Below the pieces are notes generated by a model that was not told where the DNA came from, searched no databases, and saw only the letters and a program-made list of their open reading frames with translations. From contig JBBQRQ010000110.1 in NCBI GenBank assembly GCA_038214755.1, positions 1 to 16,466 of the forward strand: a stretch of DNA of 16,466 nucleotides, given 5' to 3'. This DNA is from Verrucomicrobiota bacterium (GTDB taxonomy: Bacteria > Verrucomicrobiota > Verrucomicrobiia > Limisphaerales > CANJXF01). This document shows positions 1-8,660 of the stretch, in pieces. Numbering within the stretch: the first letter of the stretch is position 1; every line of letters starts with the position of its first letter. A program made the translations under genes and the position numbers.

Positions 1-302
1 TCGAAAGTGTTCATGCCACCATCGAAACCGAATTGTTCGATGCCCAGGTCTTTTCCTCCCAAACCGACTTCCTGGCCAAAACCGCCACCTACCAACTCTG
101 GTACAACGCCGCCCGCAAAAACAGTTCCCGGGGCTACAAAAGCCCAGCCGATTTACTGGCGCTCAAAGCTCCGCATATCTCTCCCAAAATATTCTTGCTC
201 CACCCCATCTCTCTGGAGTCTCTTCTTTCTCCACCACGGGGTCACGATGTACCAAGGCGGCCCGATTTCAAATCAGGATACTCGCTCATCGAACGCTCGT
301 GA
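1..302 (+). CDS. 3' end of an integrase-core (IS481-like) DDE transposase, 5'-truncated by the window edge
   Basis: Frame open from nt 3: ESVHATIETELFDAQVF...DFLAKTATYQLWYNAARKNSSRGYKSPADLL resembles the E-S-x-H-x-T-I-E..E-F ... Y-N..R...S....(T/S)P tail of rve/IS481-like transposases. The IS end is not resolved (possibly near 264). Confidence 0.7.
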   Translation, partial: ESVHATIETELFDAQVFSSQTDFLAKTATYQLWYNAARKNSSRGYKSPADLLALKAPHISPKIFLLHPISLESLLSPPRGHDVPRRPDFKSGYSLIERS

Positions 303-448
303 AGAGAAGATGCAAATTAGAGCAGCCATTGTGGTGCGGCAATGTTGAAGCCCGCGCTGCGAAGCGGAGCGTTTTAGGCCGCTTCACCGATGCAAGAGCG
401 CAAACGATTTGGAAATTTCTTCGGGCACTTACTTAATATTGCGAACAC

Positions 449-2731
449 GTGAAGGACAATTCCAGAAAACAGAAACGCGGTAGTCCGCCCACAAAGCCGT
501 TTGAACCAGCCGTCCCGCTGTCGCGACGACGCTTATGGCTTTTCCGGTTTATCGCACTCCTTTCGCCGCTTGTCGTATTAATTGTTTCAGAGTTGGTGCT
601 GCGGCTTTGCAATTACGGATATTCTACAAGTTTTTTTAAGGAGGAGCGCATTGGCGACAAGACGATGCTGGTTAACAACGACACCTTTACGTTGCGTTTT
701 TTTCCACCGGAACTGGCGCGCTGGCCGAGTTCTCTCGCCATGGACAAAGTAAAAGCACCGGACACTTGCCGAGTTTTTATCCTGGGCGAATCTGCTGCGA
801 TGGGCGACCCACAACCTTCCTTCAGCGCGGGTCGCTACCTGGAAGTTTTGTTGCGCGAACATTATCCCGGAAAAAAATTTGAGGTCGTTAACGTCGGCAT
901 CACGGCGATTAACTCACACGTCATTCTGCCCATTGCTCGCGCTTGTGCCGAACAACACGGAGACATTTGGGTCATCTACATGGGCAACAATGAAATGGTC
1001 GGACCCTTTGGCGCCGCGACGATTTTCGGCTCACGCGCTCCGCCGCTGGCCGCCGTCCGGGTGAACCTCGCCATCCAGCGCACACGCCTCGGCCAGATGT
1101 TCGTCACAGGGATTCGCAAACTGGGCGGCAAATCCAGGAACGCATCTTGGGGTGGAATGCAGATGTTCCTGCAAAATCAGATTCCACCCAGCGACCATCG
1201 CCGAGAAACAGTCTATAAAAATTTCGCGAGCAATTTACGCGATACTATTAAAGTCGGGATTAATTCCGGCGCGAAGGTAATTCTCAACACGATGTCGGTA
1301 AATCTACGGGACTGTCCGCCCTTCGCTTCATTGAGCAACAGTAATCTCCCGACCGCCAACCGTGCTCAGTTCGACAAGTTTTACGCCGAGGCATTATCGC
1401 TGGAGACACAAGGCAACTTCGCTGACGCCGCGCGGAGTTTTGAACAGGCCGCAACGACCGATCCGCAGTTCGCCGAACTCCAGTTTCGCTGGGGCGATTG
1501 CCTGCTGCGTACGACGAATGCCGCCGCGCGTGAGCACTTTCAACTGGCGTGCGATAGCGACGCGCTGCCGTTTCGGGCGGACTCGCGCATCAACGCAATT
1601 ATCCGAGAGGTTGCAAAACAGTCAGCATCGCCTCAACTCGTTTCGAGTGACGTCGAGATTAAATTGGAGAGTTACAGCCCAGTCAAAATTTCCGGTGACG
1701 AATCGTTTTTCGAACACGTTCATTTCAATCCCGAAGGTAACTATCGGCTGGGTCGAATGTGGGCGGAACAAATTGAATCGTTGCTGCCGGATGCTCGTGC
1801 GCCCAGTGGCACGAATGCCTGGGCGACGCAGGAGAGTTGCGACCGCCAATTGGGATTGTCGGAATGGAATCGCGCTTTTCTCCTGGACTCCGTCATTGCG
1901 CGGATGAATCAACCGCCGCTCAATAATCAATACAACATCGCGGCGCGGCGCGAGGCTCATCAAAACGAATTGCAGAAACTACGCCAACTGCAATCGGCGC
2001 CCGGCGCTGCGGCGAGGGTTCGTGGGGAATTTGAAGTGGCGCTCGCTCGCGCGCCACGCGACACTTTTTTGCACGAGAGCTATGGAAACTTTCTGGAGGC
2101 AATCGGTGATCGGAAAACGGCGACTGAGGAATATCTAAAAATCAATGAGCAGTTGCCCCACGATTTTTATAGCGCGCTGCAAGCCGGTCGTTTGCTCGGC
2201 GAGCAAGGAAAGTCAATTGAGGGGGAGGAGTTTCTCCGTCGCGCAGTGAAGGTGCGCCCGAATCTTCCCGAGGGTTGGTCCGAGTTGGGCACGGTGATGG
2301 CGGCACAAGGAAAATTTAGCGAAGCTCTTGGTTTTTACGAACGCGCTGTCCGTCTTCGCCCGAGCGATGCCAATTATGTCTGCTACAAAGCGCAGATGCT
2401 GGCTAAGCTGAATCGGCGAAACGAGGCGTCGCAACTCTACCGCCAGGCTATCCAAATGCGGCGCGACTTTTGGGAAGCTCATTTTTCATTGGCGGGCGAA
2501 TTGGCGGCTGACAACAAAGTCGATGAATCCATTCGTGAGTATGCGGAAGTTCTGCGGATCAATCCTCGCCACGCGGTCGCGCGCCTGAATCTCGCCGTCA
2601 TGCTGGTGAGACAGAATCGACTCGACGAGGCGATCAACCAATTTGAAACTGTGTTGCAGATCGCACCGACGAACAGGATCGCTCAGGAATATCTTCAACA
2701 AGTGAGGGAGCGGAAAAGTCGCAAACTGTAA
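449..2731 (+). CDS. Membrane-anchored SGNH/GDSL-hydrolase-like protein with C-terminal TPR repeats (760 aa)
   Basis: N-terminal TM helix (LWLFRFIALLSPLVVLIVSELVL); SGNH-like blocks GESAAMG, NVGITAINS, YMGNNE and FFEHVHFNPEGN; multiple TPR units (e.g. PEGWSELGTVMAAQGKFSEALGFYERAVRLRP). Confidence 0.85.
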   Translation: MKDNSRKQKRGSPPTKPFEPAVPLSRRRLWLFRFIALLSPLVVLIVSELVLRLCNYGYSTSFFKEERIGDKTMLVNNDTFTLRFFPPELARWPSSLAMDKVKAPDTCRVFILGESAAMGDPQPSFSAGRYLEVLLREHYPGKKFEVVNVGITAINSHVILPIARACAEQHGDIWVIYMGNNEMVGPFGAATIFGSRAPPLAAVRVNLAIQRTRLGQMFVTGIRKLGGKSRNASWGGMQMFLQNQIPPSDHRRETVYKNFASNLRDTIKVGINSGAKVILNTMSVNLRDCPPFASLSNSNLPTANRAQFDKFYAEALSLETQGNFADAARSFEQAATTDPQFAELQFRWGDCLLRTTNAAAREHFQLACDSDALPFRADSRINAIIREVAKQSASPQLVSSDVEIKLESYSPVKISGDESFFEHVHFNPEGNYRLGRMWAEQIESLLPDARAPSGTNAWATQESCDRQLGLSEWNRAFLLDSVIARMNQPPLNNQYNIAARREAHQNELQKLRQLQSAPGAAARVRGEFEVALARAPRDTFLHESYGNFLEAIGDRKTATEEYLKINEQLPHDFYSALQAGRLLGEQGKSIEGEEFLRRAVKVRPNLPEGWSELGTVMAAQGKFSEALGFYERAVRLRPSDANYVCYKAQMLAKLNRRNEASQLYRQAIQMRRDFWEAHFSLAGELAADNKVDESIREYAEVLRINPRHAVARLNLAVMLVRQNRLDEAINQFETVLQIAPTNRIAQEYLQQVRERKSRKL

Positions 2732-2809
2732 AATGGAAATCCGAACGCGAAACCACTTCCGGTCCGCGCCCGGAAAAGTGCTTTGCAACCTGCACATTCC
2801 CGCAACACT

Positions 2810-2869
2810 TTCGGCCTTCGGGCTTCGGATTTCTTTCGGCTATCGGATTTCGGCTCCCGGATTTCAGGT
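2810..2869. repeat. Degenerate heptamer tandem repeat (TTCGGnn)n, with an inverted partner at 2736-2745
   Basis: Units TTCGGCC TTCGGGC TTCGGAT [TTCT] TTCGGCT ATCGGAT TTCGGCT CCCGGAT TTCAGGT. GAAATCCGAA at 2736-2745 is the exact reverse complement of 2824-2833. Confidence 0.8.
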
Positions 2870-2979
2870 TTACCGTGGCGAGTTCAATGTTTTGCGCGCG
2901 GTGTAGATGGTTTTTTTTCTCCCCGCACGCCACTGAGAGTAACCGCACAAACATGCGTGGAGTTCTTTCTTTATCCTAA

Positions 2980-3097
2980 CAGGCTGTTAAAAAACTCCCG
3001 AACGCTCGTAGCCGCCGACGTGAGGAGGCGGATTACTGGGGAATTCAACACACTTTTTCCGCCTCCTCACGTCAGCGGCTACTTTTTCAACAGCCTC
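2980..3097. mobile_element. MITE-like element (118 bp) containing a GTAG-REP doublet (REPIN-like)
   Basis: Outer IRs CAGGCTGTTAAAAAA (2980-2994) / TTTTTCAACAGCCTC (3083-3097), 13/15 match; CTAA direct repeat at 2976-2979 and 3098-3101; inner 25-bp arms 3008-3032 / 3058-3082 (one mismatch) with a 25-nt spacer. Confidence 0.8.
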
Positions 3098-3111
3098 CTA
3101 ATAGACTTTGA

Positions 3112-3139
3112 TTGACGCAGCACAAAACCTCACTAGTAT
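3112..3139 (+). promoter_or_regulatory. Putative sigma70 promoter for the 3149 gene
   Basis: TTGACG (3112-3117)-N16-TAGTAT (3134-3139), 9 nt before ATG 3149; no Shine-Dalgarno visible. Confidence 0.45.
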
Positions 3140-3148
3140 CGCATCACT

Positions 3149-4459
3149 ATGAATTATTTTTTAACACTCAAGATTACCCGGCGTCTTTTCGCGTCGAGTC
3201 TGCTTCTTTGGGCAGCCAGCGTCGCACACGCGCAAAATCCCGTCACCTTCTCGATCGACATGACCTCCCAGCCCAGCGCGGTCGATGTGTACGTGCGAGG
3301 CTCGTTCAACGGATATGGCCTGACAAATAAACTGACCAACAATGGGTCCGGCACTTACACCGGAATCGTTAACATCGCGGGAAACGCGGGGGACGTGCAG
3401 TCTTTGAAGTTTTACTATGACCCGGGCGCCAATTGGGAAAACGATCCGAACCGCCAATTCGTTCTCACGGGCGGGTCGCAAGTATTGCCCCTGACTGCCT
3501 GGAATCAACAATACCCGGCGCCGACCAATAACGTGACCTTCCGAGTGGATATGTCTGCTCAAATTTTGTTGGGCCGATTTACCAACGCTCCGAATGGTTA
3601 CGTGAGAGTGTCCGGCGCTTTCAACGGTTGGAGTCCGAGTATTGATTTCACCAACAATCCAGCAGCATCTGGAAACGCCAGTAACATCTATAGTCAAACC
3701 CTGCAGATCACCGGTTTCCCTGGTAGCAGTCCGGGAGAATACAAATTCCGGGCGCCTATCGGTGACACTTGGGAGAGCATCAACAATCGCCCGTCGTTCC
3801 AGCTTACCGGCGGTGACCAGGTATTACCGTTGGTGTTTTATAATGATGCCAGCGCCTGCGATTTGCTGTCGGCGGCTACGCCTGTGACCTTCACTCTCGC
3901 CCTGACCAATGGCACCGTGGACAAGGACGGCTTCGCCTTTAATAAAGCGGCGGACAAAGTTTATATCAACGGTGACTTCCTCGGTTGGTGGGGCTGGAAC
4001 ACCGGCTTTGGCGGCAGCGAGGGACCAGCGTATGAGATGACGAACAATCCTATCGGCAGTGATCTGTATCAACAGACCTTTCTCATTCCGAGGGGCCAGT
4101 CCCTGGCCATCACTTATAAATACAGCATCAATGGATTCGATGATGAAGCTGGATTTTCGATTAACCACGTTCGCTACATCCGCACTTCAAGCGGAGCTTT
4201 CTCCATGCCGCAGGATAACTTCCTGACCAACTCTGCAGCGGTGCGCGTCGAGCCATCCTTCGGCAACCTCAAAGTCGGGAGTAAGTCAGGCGGCACTATT
4301 CCCATCACCTGGCTCGGACGCCCCTGTGTTGTCCTTCAGACGCGGACGAACCTAACGTCTGGTTCATGGCAGGATCTTCCCGCTACTGAGGCAACCGGCT
4401 CCACCAATTTACCTGCTACGAACAGCGCCCGGTTCTTCCGGTTGAAAAAATCAAATTAG
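3149..4459 (+). CDS. Secreted protein with three CBM20/48-like (starch/glycogen-binding-like) beta-sandwich repeats and a verrucomicrobial C-terminal 'W...FFRL' domain
   Basis: Signal peptide ending VAHA-Q; three repeats of VTF..(DM)...V(Y/R)(V/I).G.F(N/L)G(W/Y)....TNN.....Y......(Y/L)K(F/Y); C-terminus ITWLGRPCVVLQTRTNLTSGSWQDL...ARFFRLKKSN. Confidence 0.75.
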   Translation: MNYFLTLKITRRLFASSLLLWAASVAHAQNPVTFSIDMTSQPSAVDVYVRGSFNGYGLTNKLTNNGSGTYTGIVNIAGNAGDVQSLKFYYDPGANWENDPNRQFVLTGGSQVLPLTAWNQQYPAPTNNVTFRVDMSAQILLGRFTNAPNGYVRVSGAFNGWSPSIDFTNNPAASGNASNIYSQTLQITGFPGSSPGEYKFRAPIGDTWESINNRPSFQLTGGDQVLPLVFYNDASACDLLSAATPVTFTLALTNGTVDKDGFAFNKAADKVYINGDFLGWWGWNTGFGGSEGPAYEMTNNPIGSDLYQQTFLIPRGQSLAITYKYSINGFDDEAGFSINHVRYIRTSSGAFSMPQDNFLTNSAAVRVEPSFGNLKVGSKSGGTIPITWLGRPCVVLQTRTNLTSGSWQDLPATEATGSTNLPATNSARFFRLKKSN

Positions 4460-4522
4460 TTTTCTTGCGCCCAACTTATTTGGCACCGGTCCCTTTGTGA
4501 CGAGAGGAGACGCTATTGAACT

Positions 4523-5347
4523 ATGAGATCCCGAAACCCAGGATTCACTTTAATTGAATTGTTGGTAGTCATCGCCATCATCGCAATTTTAGCGGGACTG
4601 TTGTTGCCTGCCTTGAGTAAAGCCAAGACCAAAGCGGAAGGCATTAGCTGCATGAGTAATACCAAGCAGCTCGCGCTCGCCTGGATAATGTATGCGGGCG
4701 ACAATAACGATTTCATGGTTACCAACGAAGACCTGTATAGGACTTCGCGGCCCAAGAGTTGGTGCCTCGGGATTTTGAATTGGGGAACTGACACCGTCAA
4801 CACGAACACACTGGCGCTGACGACAGAAAGCGTGGCCCTTCTTGCTCCTTATTCCGCCAGGCAGGCAAAAATATATCGTTGCCCTGCGGACCGCTATGCC
4901 AGTCCGGCTCAGCGCGCTATAGGTTGGTCTCAGCGTGCTCGTAGCGTCGCCCTCAACTCTGCATTGGGTGCCGATGGGAACGGTGGCAACAATCGCGCGC
5001 CCGAATTTAAGCCGTGGGCATGGGACATCGTGAAGAAAAAAATGAGTGAATTAATCACTCCGAGCATGGTCTGGAATTTCACCGATGAACATGCGGATAG
5101 CCTCAACGACGCCATGCTCTATGTGAATCCCGATTACACCAACGCTGCCACCAAATGGATCGACCTTCCAGCCAGCTACCATAATGGAGCGGGAAGTTTC
5201 TCGTTCGCCGATGGACATTCCGAGATTAGAAGGTGGAAGAGTCCCTCAGGAACGATCTATCCGGTGACTTACATCGCGTTGAGCGCCAACGCCGGGCCCA
5301 ATAATCCGGACGTGAACTGGCTGGCCGAACGCACACCAAAAAAATAA
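4523..5347 (+). CDS. Prepilin-type N-terminal cleavage/methylation protein with an H-X9-DG motif (DUF1559-like)
   Basis: N-terminus [25 protein letters not shown]...C.SN.KQL.LA..MYA.DN; CPAD motif; [12 protein letters not shown] near the C-terminus. Confidence 0.95.
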   Translation: MRSRNPGFTLIELLVVIAIIAILAGLLLPALSKAKTKAEGISCMSNTKQLALAWIMYAGDNNDFMVTNEDLYRTSRPKSWCLGILNWGTDTVNTNTLALTTESVALLAPYSARQAKIYRCPADRYASPAQRAIGWSQRARSVALNSALGADGNGGNNRAPEFKPWAWDIVKKKMSELITPSMVWNFTDEHADSLNDAMLYVNPDYTNAATKWIDLPASYHNGAGSFSFADGHSEIRRWKSPSGTIYPVTYIALSANAGPNNPDVNWLAERTPKK

Positions 5348-5644
5348 CATCACCCCTTATTGCCTCGTCACCTCGTCGGCTCAATGAAAATAATGCATCG
5401 CCCGTTTTCTCGTGGCTGAAACCTTTGGTTGGTTTCCGCCGTAATCCTTTTCCTTTAGCCACCTCGTCCCATCTGGAAAAAACTTTTCCAGGGAAACTAC
5501 ACAGCTGGCACCGCAGTGGACCGTTTGTTAACATCCGCCGCGTCCATGAACCGCCTCTTCTATTCCTCCGCATCGCCGTCAGAATTTTTTTTTCAACATG
5601 CCTAGACAAAAACTGCGGGCGGCGACGCTTAGTAGGGAAATCGC

Positions 5645-6163
5645 GTGAATAGCGGTTGGAACAATGCAATACGTCCACGATCAGTCTGGGAGCAATGGCT
5701 GGCTCAGCACGCTCCAAGGTTGCTGCTCTTTGCCCGGCAGCAAACCCGGTTCGAGGCCGACGCGCAATATCTCGTCCAGGAAGCCGTGGTCGAATCCTGG
5801 CGCCGCCAGGACAACGGCGAGCCACCGGCCATTGCCTTGGTTTTCGCAACCATTCGCCGTCGGGCCATCGATCTCGCTCGTAGCGTCGATCGGCGCGCCA
5901 TCCGGGAAGCCATTGTCGCGAGCGAGATTTCCGAAAGCTGGTTCGACGGAGGAGTGGAAGATCGCGAAAGAAATAATTTCATCCAGGACGCCATGAGCCA
6001 ACTGCCGGATATTTATCGCGAAGTCATTACCTTGAAAGTGTGGGGCGAATTGACGTTTGCGGAAATCGCGATTTCTCTCGAAATTCCTGCCAACACCGCT
6101 GCGTCGCGCTACCGTTACGGTCTGGTTGAATTGCGCAAACTGACAATGGAGGTTTTTTTGTGA
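5645..6163 (+). CDS. ECF-type RNA polymerase sigma-70 factor
   Basis: Region 2 (DAQYLVQEAVVESWR...IRRRAIDLARS) and region 4 (LPDIYREVITLKVWGELTFAEIAISLEIPANTAASRYRYGL). Confidence 0.93.
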   Translation: MNSGWNNAIRPRSVWEQWLAQHAPRLLLFARQQTRFEADAQYLVQEAVVESWRRQDNGEPPAIALVFATIRRRAIDLARSVDRRAIREAIVASEISESWFDGGVEDRERNNFIQDAMSQLPDIYREVITLKVWGELTFAEIAISLEIPANTAASRYRYGLVELRKLTMEVFL

Positions 6164-6675
6164 CGGATCCCAACGAGGATAAATTTGAGAGGCAATTGCG
6201 GCGATCCAGGCCCGCGAAACCGCCGGACGAATTACTCAATCGGTTACTAGCCATCAGACCGATGACGAAAGGCGGTGACCAGCAATCGCAAGTTGATTCC
6301 TCTTTTTCGAAATACGTGGGGAGGCTGCTGCGGTGGCTGCGCTGGCTCGTTCCCGCGACTGTGGCGGCGGTGGGTGCGGTCCTCGTGTGGCACGGCGGTT
6401 ATTTTTCTTCTCTCCAAATAACAGGCCGCGATGCTGCTCCCGCAGTGGCATCCGCAGCGGTCACGCCGGGGCTGATGGCAGACGAGGTAAAAATTGATCA
6501 GCAGTTGTTGTCGTCATTCGATGCCGTCGCGCGTTTGCCCGATGGCGAGCCGGTACGATTTCGCTGCGAAAATTGGATGGACCAAGTCGTCTTGAGCGAC
6601 AAAACAAAGGGACTGACTGTGGAGAATCGCACCCCGCGGTTTGAGGTCATGCCCGTCGGATATGAAACCTACTAA
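6160..6675 (+). CDS. Putative transmembrane anti-sigma factor
   Basis: GTGA overlap with the sigma stop, GGAGG SD at 6148-6152, short cytoplasmic N-terminus (FERQLRRSRPAKPP), one TM helix (WLVPATVAAVGAVLVW) and a periplasmic beta-rich tail. Confidence 0.7.
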   Translation: MTDPNEDKFERQLRRSRPAKPPDELLNRLLAIRPMTKGGDQQSQVDSSFSKYVGRLLRWLRWLVPATVAAVGAVLVWHGGYFSSLQITGRDAAPAVASAAVTPGLMADEVKIDQQLLSSFDAVARLPDGEPVRFRCENWMDQVVLSDKTKGLTVENRTPRFEVMPVGYETY

Positions 6676-6698
6676 CGAAGAATAAAATACCTTAAGAT

Positions 6699-7838
6699 AT
6701 GAAAACATTTATTCCAGCTTTTCCAAGGACAACCGCCTTGCTCGCAACGTTCGCTTTCTGCATGGGAAGCGTATTCGCGGAGCCAACCGCGCCGGAAAAA
6801 AAACATCAGGTCGTCGTTATTAAAGATGGCAGGGACATAGATCAACAGCCCGCTGCTGATGGCCCCGGACTACGCCGCAAAATCATCAAGATCGAATCAA
6901 TCGAACCAGATCGCGAAAAGACGACTGCCAGAGAGGTGACTTGGCTGGGGGTAGCCACGGAAGAAACGTCCGACGCGCTTGCTTCCCAATTGGGATTAGA
7001 GTCCGGTCAAGGGTTATTGGTGAATTATGTCGAGCCGGAGAGTCCCGCAGCCAAGGCCGGTCTGCAAAAGCACGACGTTCTCGTGGAATTGGGCGACCAG
7101 ATGCTCGTCCTTCCGGCCCAGTTGCGCAAACTCGTGCAATTAAAAAAAGAAGGCGACACGGTGAAACTGGTTCTTCACCGCGGCGGGAAAAAACAAACCG
7201 TCTCCGCCAAGCTGGCAAAGAGGACTGAAAATTTCGGGATGTTGCACGGCGATTTATTTTTAGATGGAGATCGGCCTGAATTGGGGTTGGCGTTCGCTGA
7301 CGGAAAAATCGGCGACCGCGTTCGCGAAGAGATCAAGATTCGTCACGGGCCGTTCGGCGGCGGCAGTGGCAGTTCATCTTTCGGCGCGGGCTTCGATAAG
7401 AAAACGGTGAACATCGAGGTGCAGCGCCACATGGAAGAAGTTAGCAAAGCGATCCAGGAAGCCATGCGGCACTCGCCCCACGCCAAAGGACTGTTCGGCC
7501 CGGACGCCAGGAATTTGGAGCAACTGGCACGCGGGAAAATGGACGTGGAGAAAAATGCAAGCGTCACGCTCAAGAAAGGTGGAGGATCCGTGAAGACCAT
7601 CGTGAAGAGCGACGACTCGGGCGTGTATGTCATCGTTGCCAATCCGAAAAAATATCTCACCGCGCACGACAAGGATGGCAAGCTGATATTTGACGGGCCG
7701 ATAGAGAGCGAGGAGCAGAAGGAAAAGGTGCCCGCCGACTTATGGAAAAAAATCAAACCATCCCTCGAAGAAATTAAACCTTCGGAGAACAGCGAGCCCA
7801 AGCCGCAGGCGCAATCCGAGAAAAAAGCAAAAAGTTGA
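6699..7838 (+). CDS. Exported PDZ-domain protein with no recognisable protease domain
   Basis: Signal peptide ending SVFA-E; HtrA-like PDZ (WLGV...LASQLGL..GQGLLVNYVEPESPAAKAGLQKHDVL...LVLHRGGK); no trypsin GNSGG motif. Confidence 0.85.
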   Translation: MKTFIPAFPRTTALLATFAFCMGSVFAEPTAPEKKHQVVVIKDGRDIDQQPAADGPGLRRKIIKIESIEPDREKTTAREVTWLGVATEETSDALASQLGLESGQGLLVNYVEPESPAAKAGLQKHDVLVELGDQMLVLPAQLRKLVQLKKEGDTVKLVLHRGGKKQTVSAKLAKRTENFGMLHGDLFLDGDRPELGLAFADGKIGDRVREEIKIRHGPFGGGSGSSSFGAGFDKKTVNIEVQRHMEEVSKAIQEAMRHSPHAKGLFGPDARNLEQLARGKMDVEKNASVTLKKGGGSVKTIVKSDDSGVYVIVANPKKYLTAHDKDGKLIFDGPIESEEQKEKVPADLWKKIKPSLEEIKPSENSEPKPQAQSEKKAKS

Positions 7839-7909
7839 AACAAACACCGGCTCAACGGGGTTGGTTTGATGAACGGAATGAATCCAGAAAAGATTTAAGA
7901 ACCAAAATT

Positions 7910-8290
7910 ATGAAAACCTCCTCTCTTTGCAAAAATACACCAGCACGCGCCCCAAGAATCCTCTTGTGCTTTCACCTCACTCTCGCTGGTGTGTTTTTGA
8001 TTTTTTGCGTCTGGGCTGCTTCTCTTCAGCCCGCAATCCAACTTGCGGGCCATCACCATCCACACCTGCCTGCCGGCCAATTCGAAGCCGACGCAAGAAC
8101 CGTTATCGCGGCAATGCGTTTCGTTCTGGAGCCTGAGCCGCGCGTTGATAAGAACGCGGTCGCAGTCAGCAGCGATGCCGAAGTTTACACGGTGCGAGCC
8201 TTGGATTGGCCATGCGAAATTTTTGCTTACTCATCGAATCAAATTGAGCTGAATGCCGTGGCTTTTACGAATAGGGTAGGAGACAGCTAG
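7910..8290 (+). CDS. Hypothetical membrane or exported protein (about 126 aa)
   Basis: ATG at 7910 after an A-rich leader, in frame with the 7835..8290 ORF; one hydrophobic segment (LTLAGVFLIFCVWAASL). No family recognised. Confidence 0.45.
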   Translation: MKTSSLCKNTPARAPRILLCFHLTLAGVFLIFCVWAASLQPAIQLAGHHHPHLPAGQFEADARTVIAAMRFVLEPEPRVDKNAVAVSSDAEVYTVRALDWPCEIFAYSSNQIELNAVAFTNRVGDS

Positions 8291-8409
8291 CTAAGGGCCT
8301 CCAATGAGAGTGCTGTCGCGTTGCGAACCGGAGTTGCTGGAGCTGAAATAAAATTTCCCTACTCTTCGATGCGTTTACATGGGTTGTCCCCCCGCCACGA
8401 AGGTATTCC

Positions 8410-8660
8410 GTAATCAGCCCATGGGTCACCGATCAATCTGTATTTTACTTTATTGATCTGAGCAGCACCGCCGAATATGGAGTGGACTACAAAATGTCGG
8501 GCGGCTTGTTCACCTTCTACGCCAAGACCGTCCCCGCGACTCACATGATTCCGATCAAGATCATCCACAACTCCGTGCCAAAGAATAAAACGGTCGTCAT
8601 CAAACTCCTACCCGGCAGTTCCATTTCCACGATGGGACCCTTCACCACCTTTACCTACAC
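8410..8660 (+). pseudogene. Orphan Calx-beta-like domain fragment
   Basis: In-frame VISPWVTDQSVFYFIDLSSTAEYGVDYKMSGGLFTF...IPIKIIHNSVPKNKTVVIKL...MGPFTTFTYT follows the Calx-beta pattern (TA..G.DY...G..TF...I.I.I......N.T..I.L...G...T.TYT). No start codon precedes the domain in this frame (stop at 8344-8346). Confidence 0.55.

Noticed and set aside
3008..3082. 25-bp repeats with a 25-nt spacer (also at 14152-14226) as a CRISPR mini-array
   Set aside because: The arms are inverted rather than direct, there are only two per locus, and no cas genes are present.
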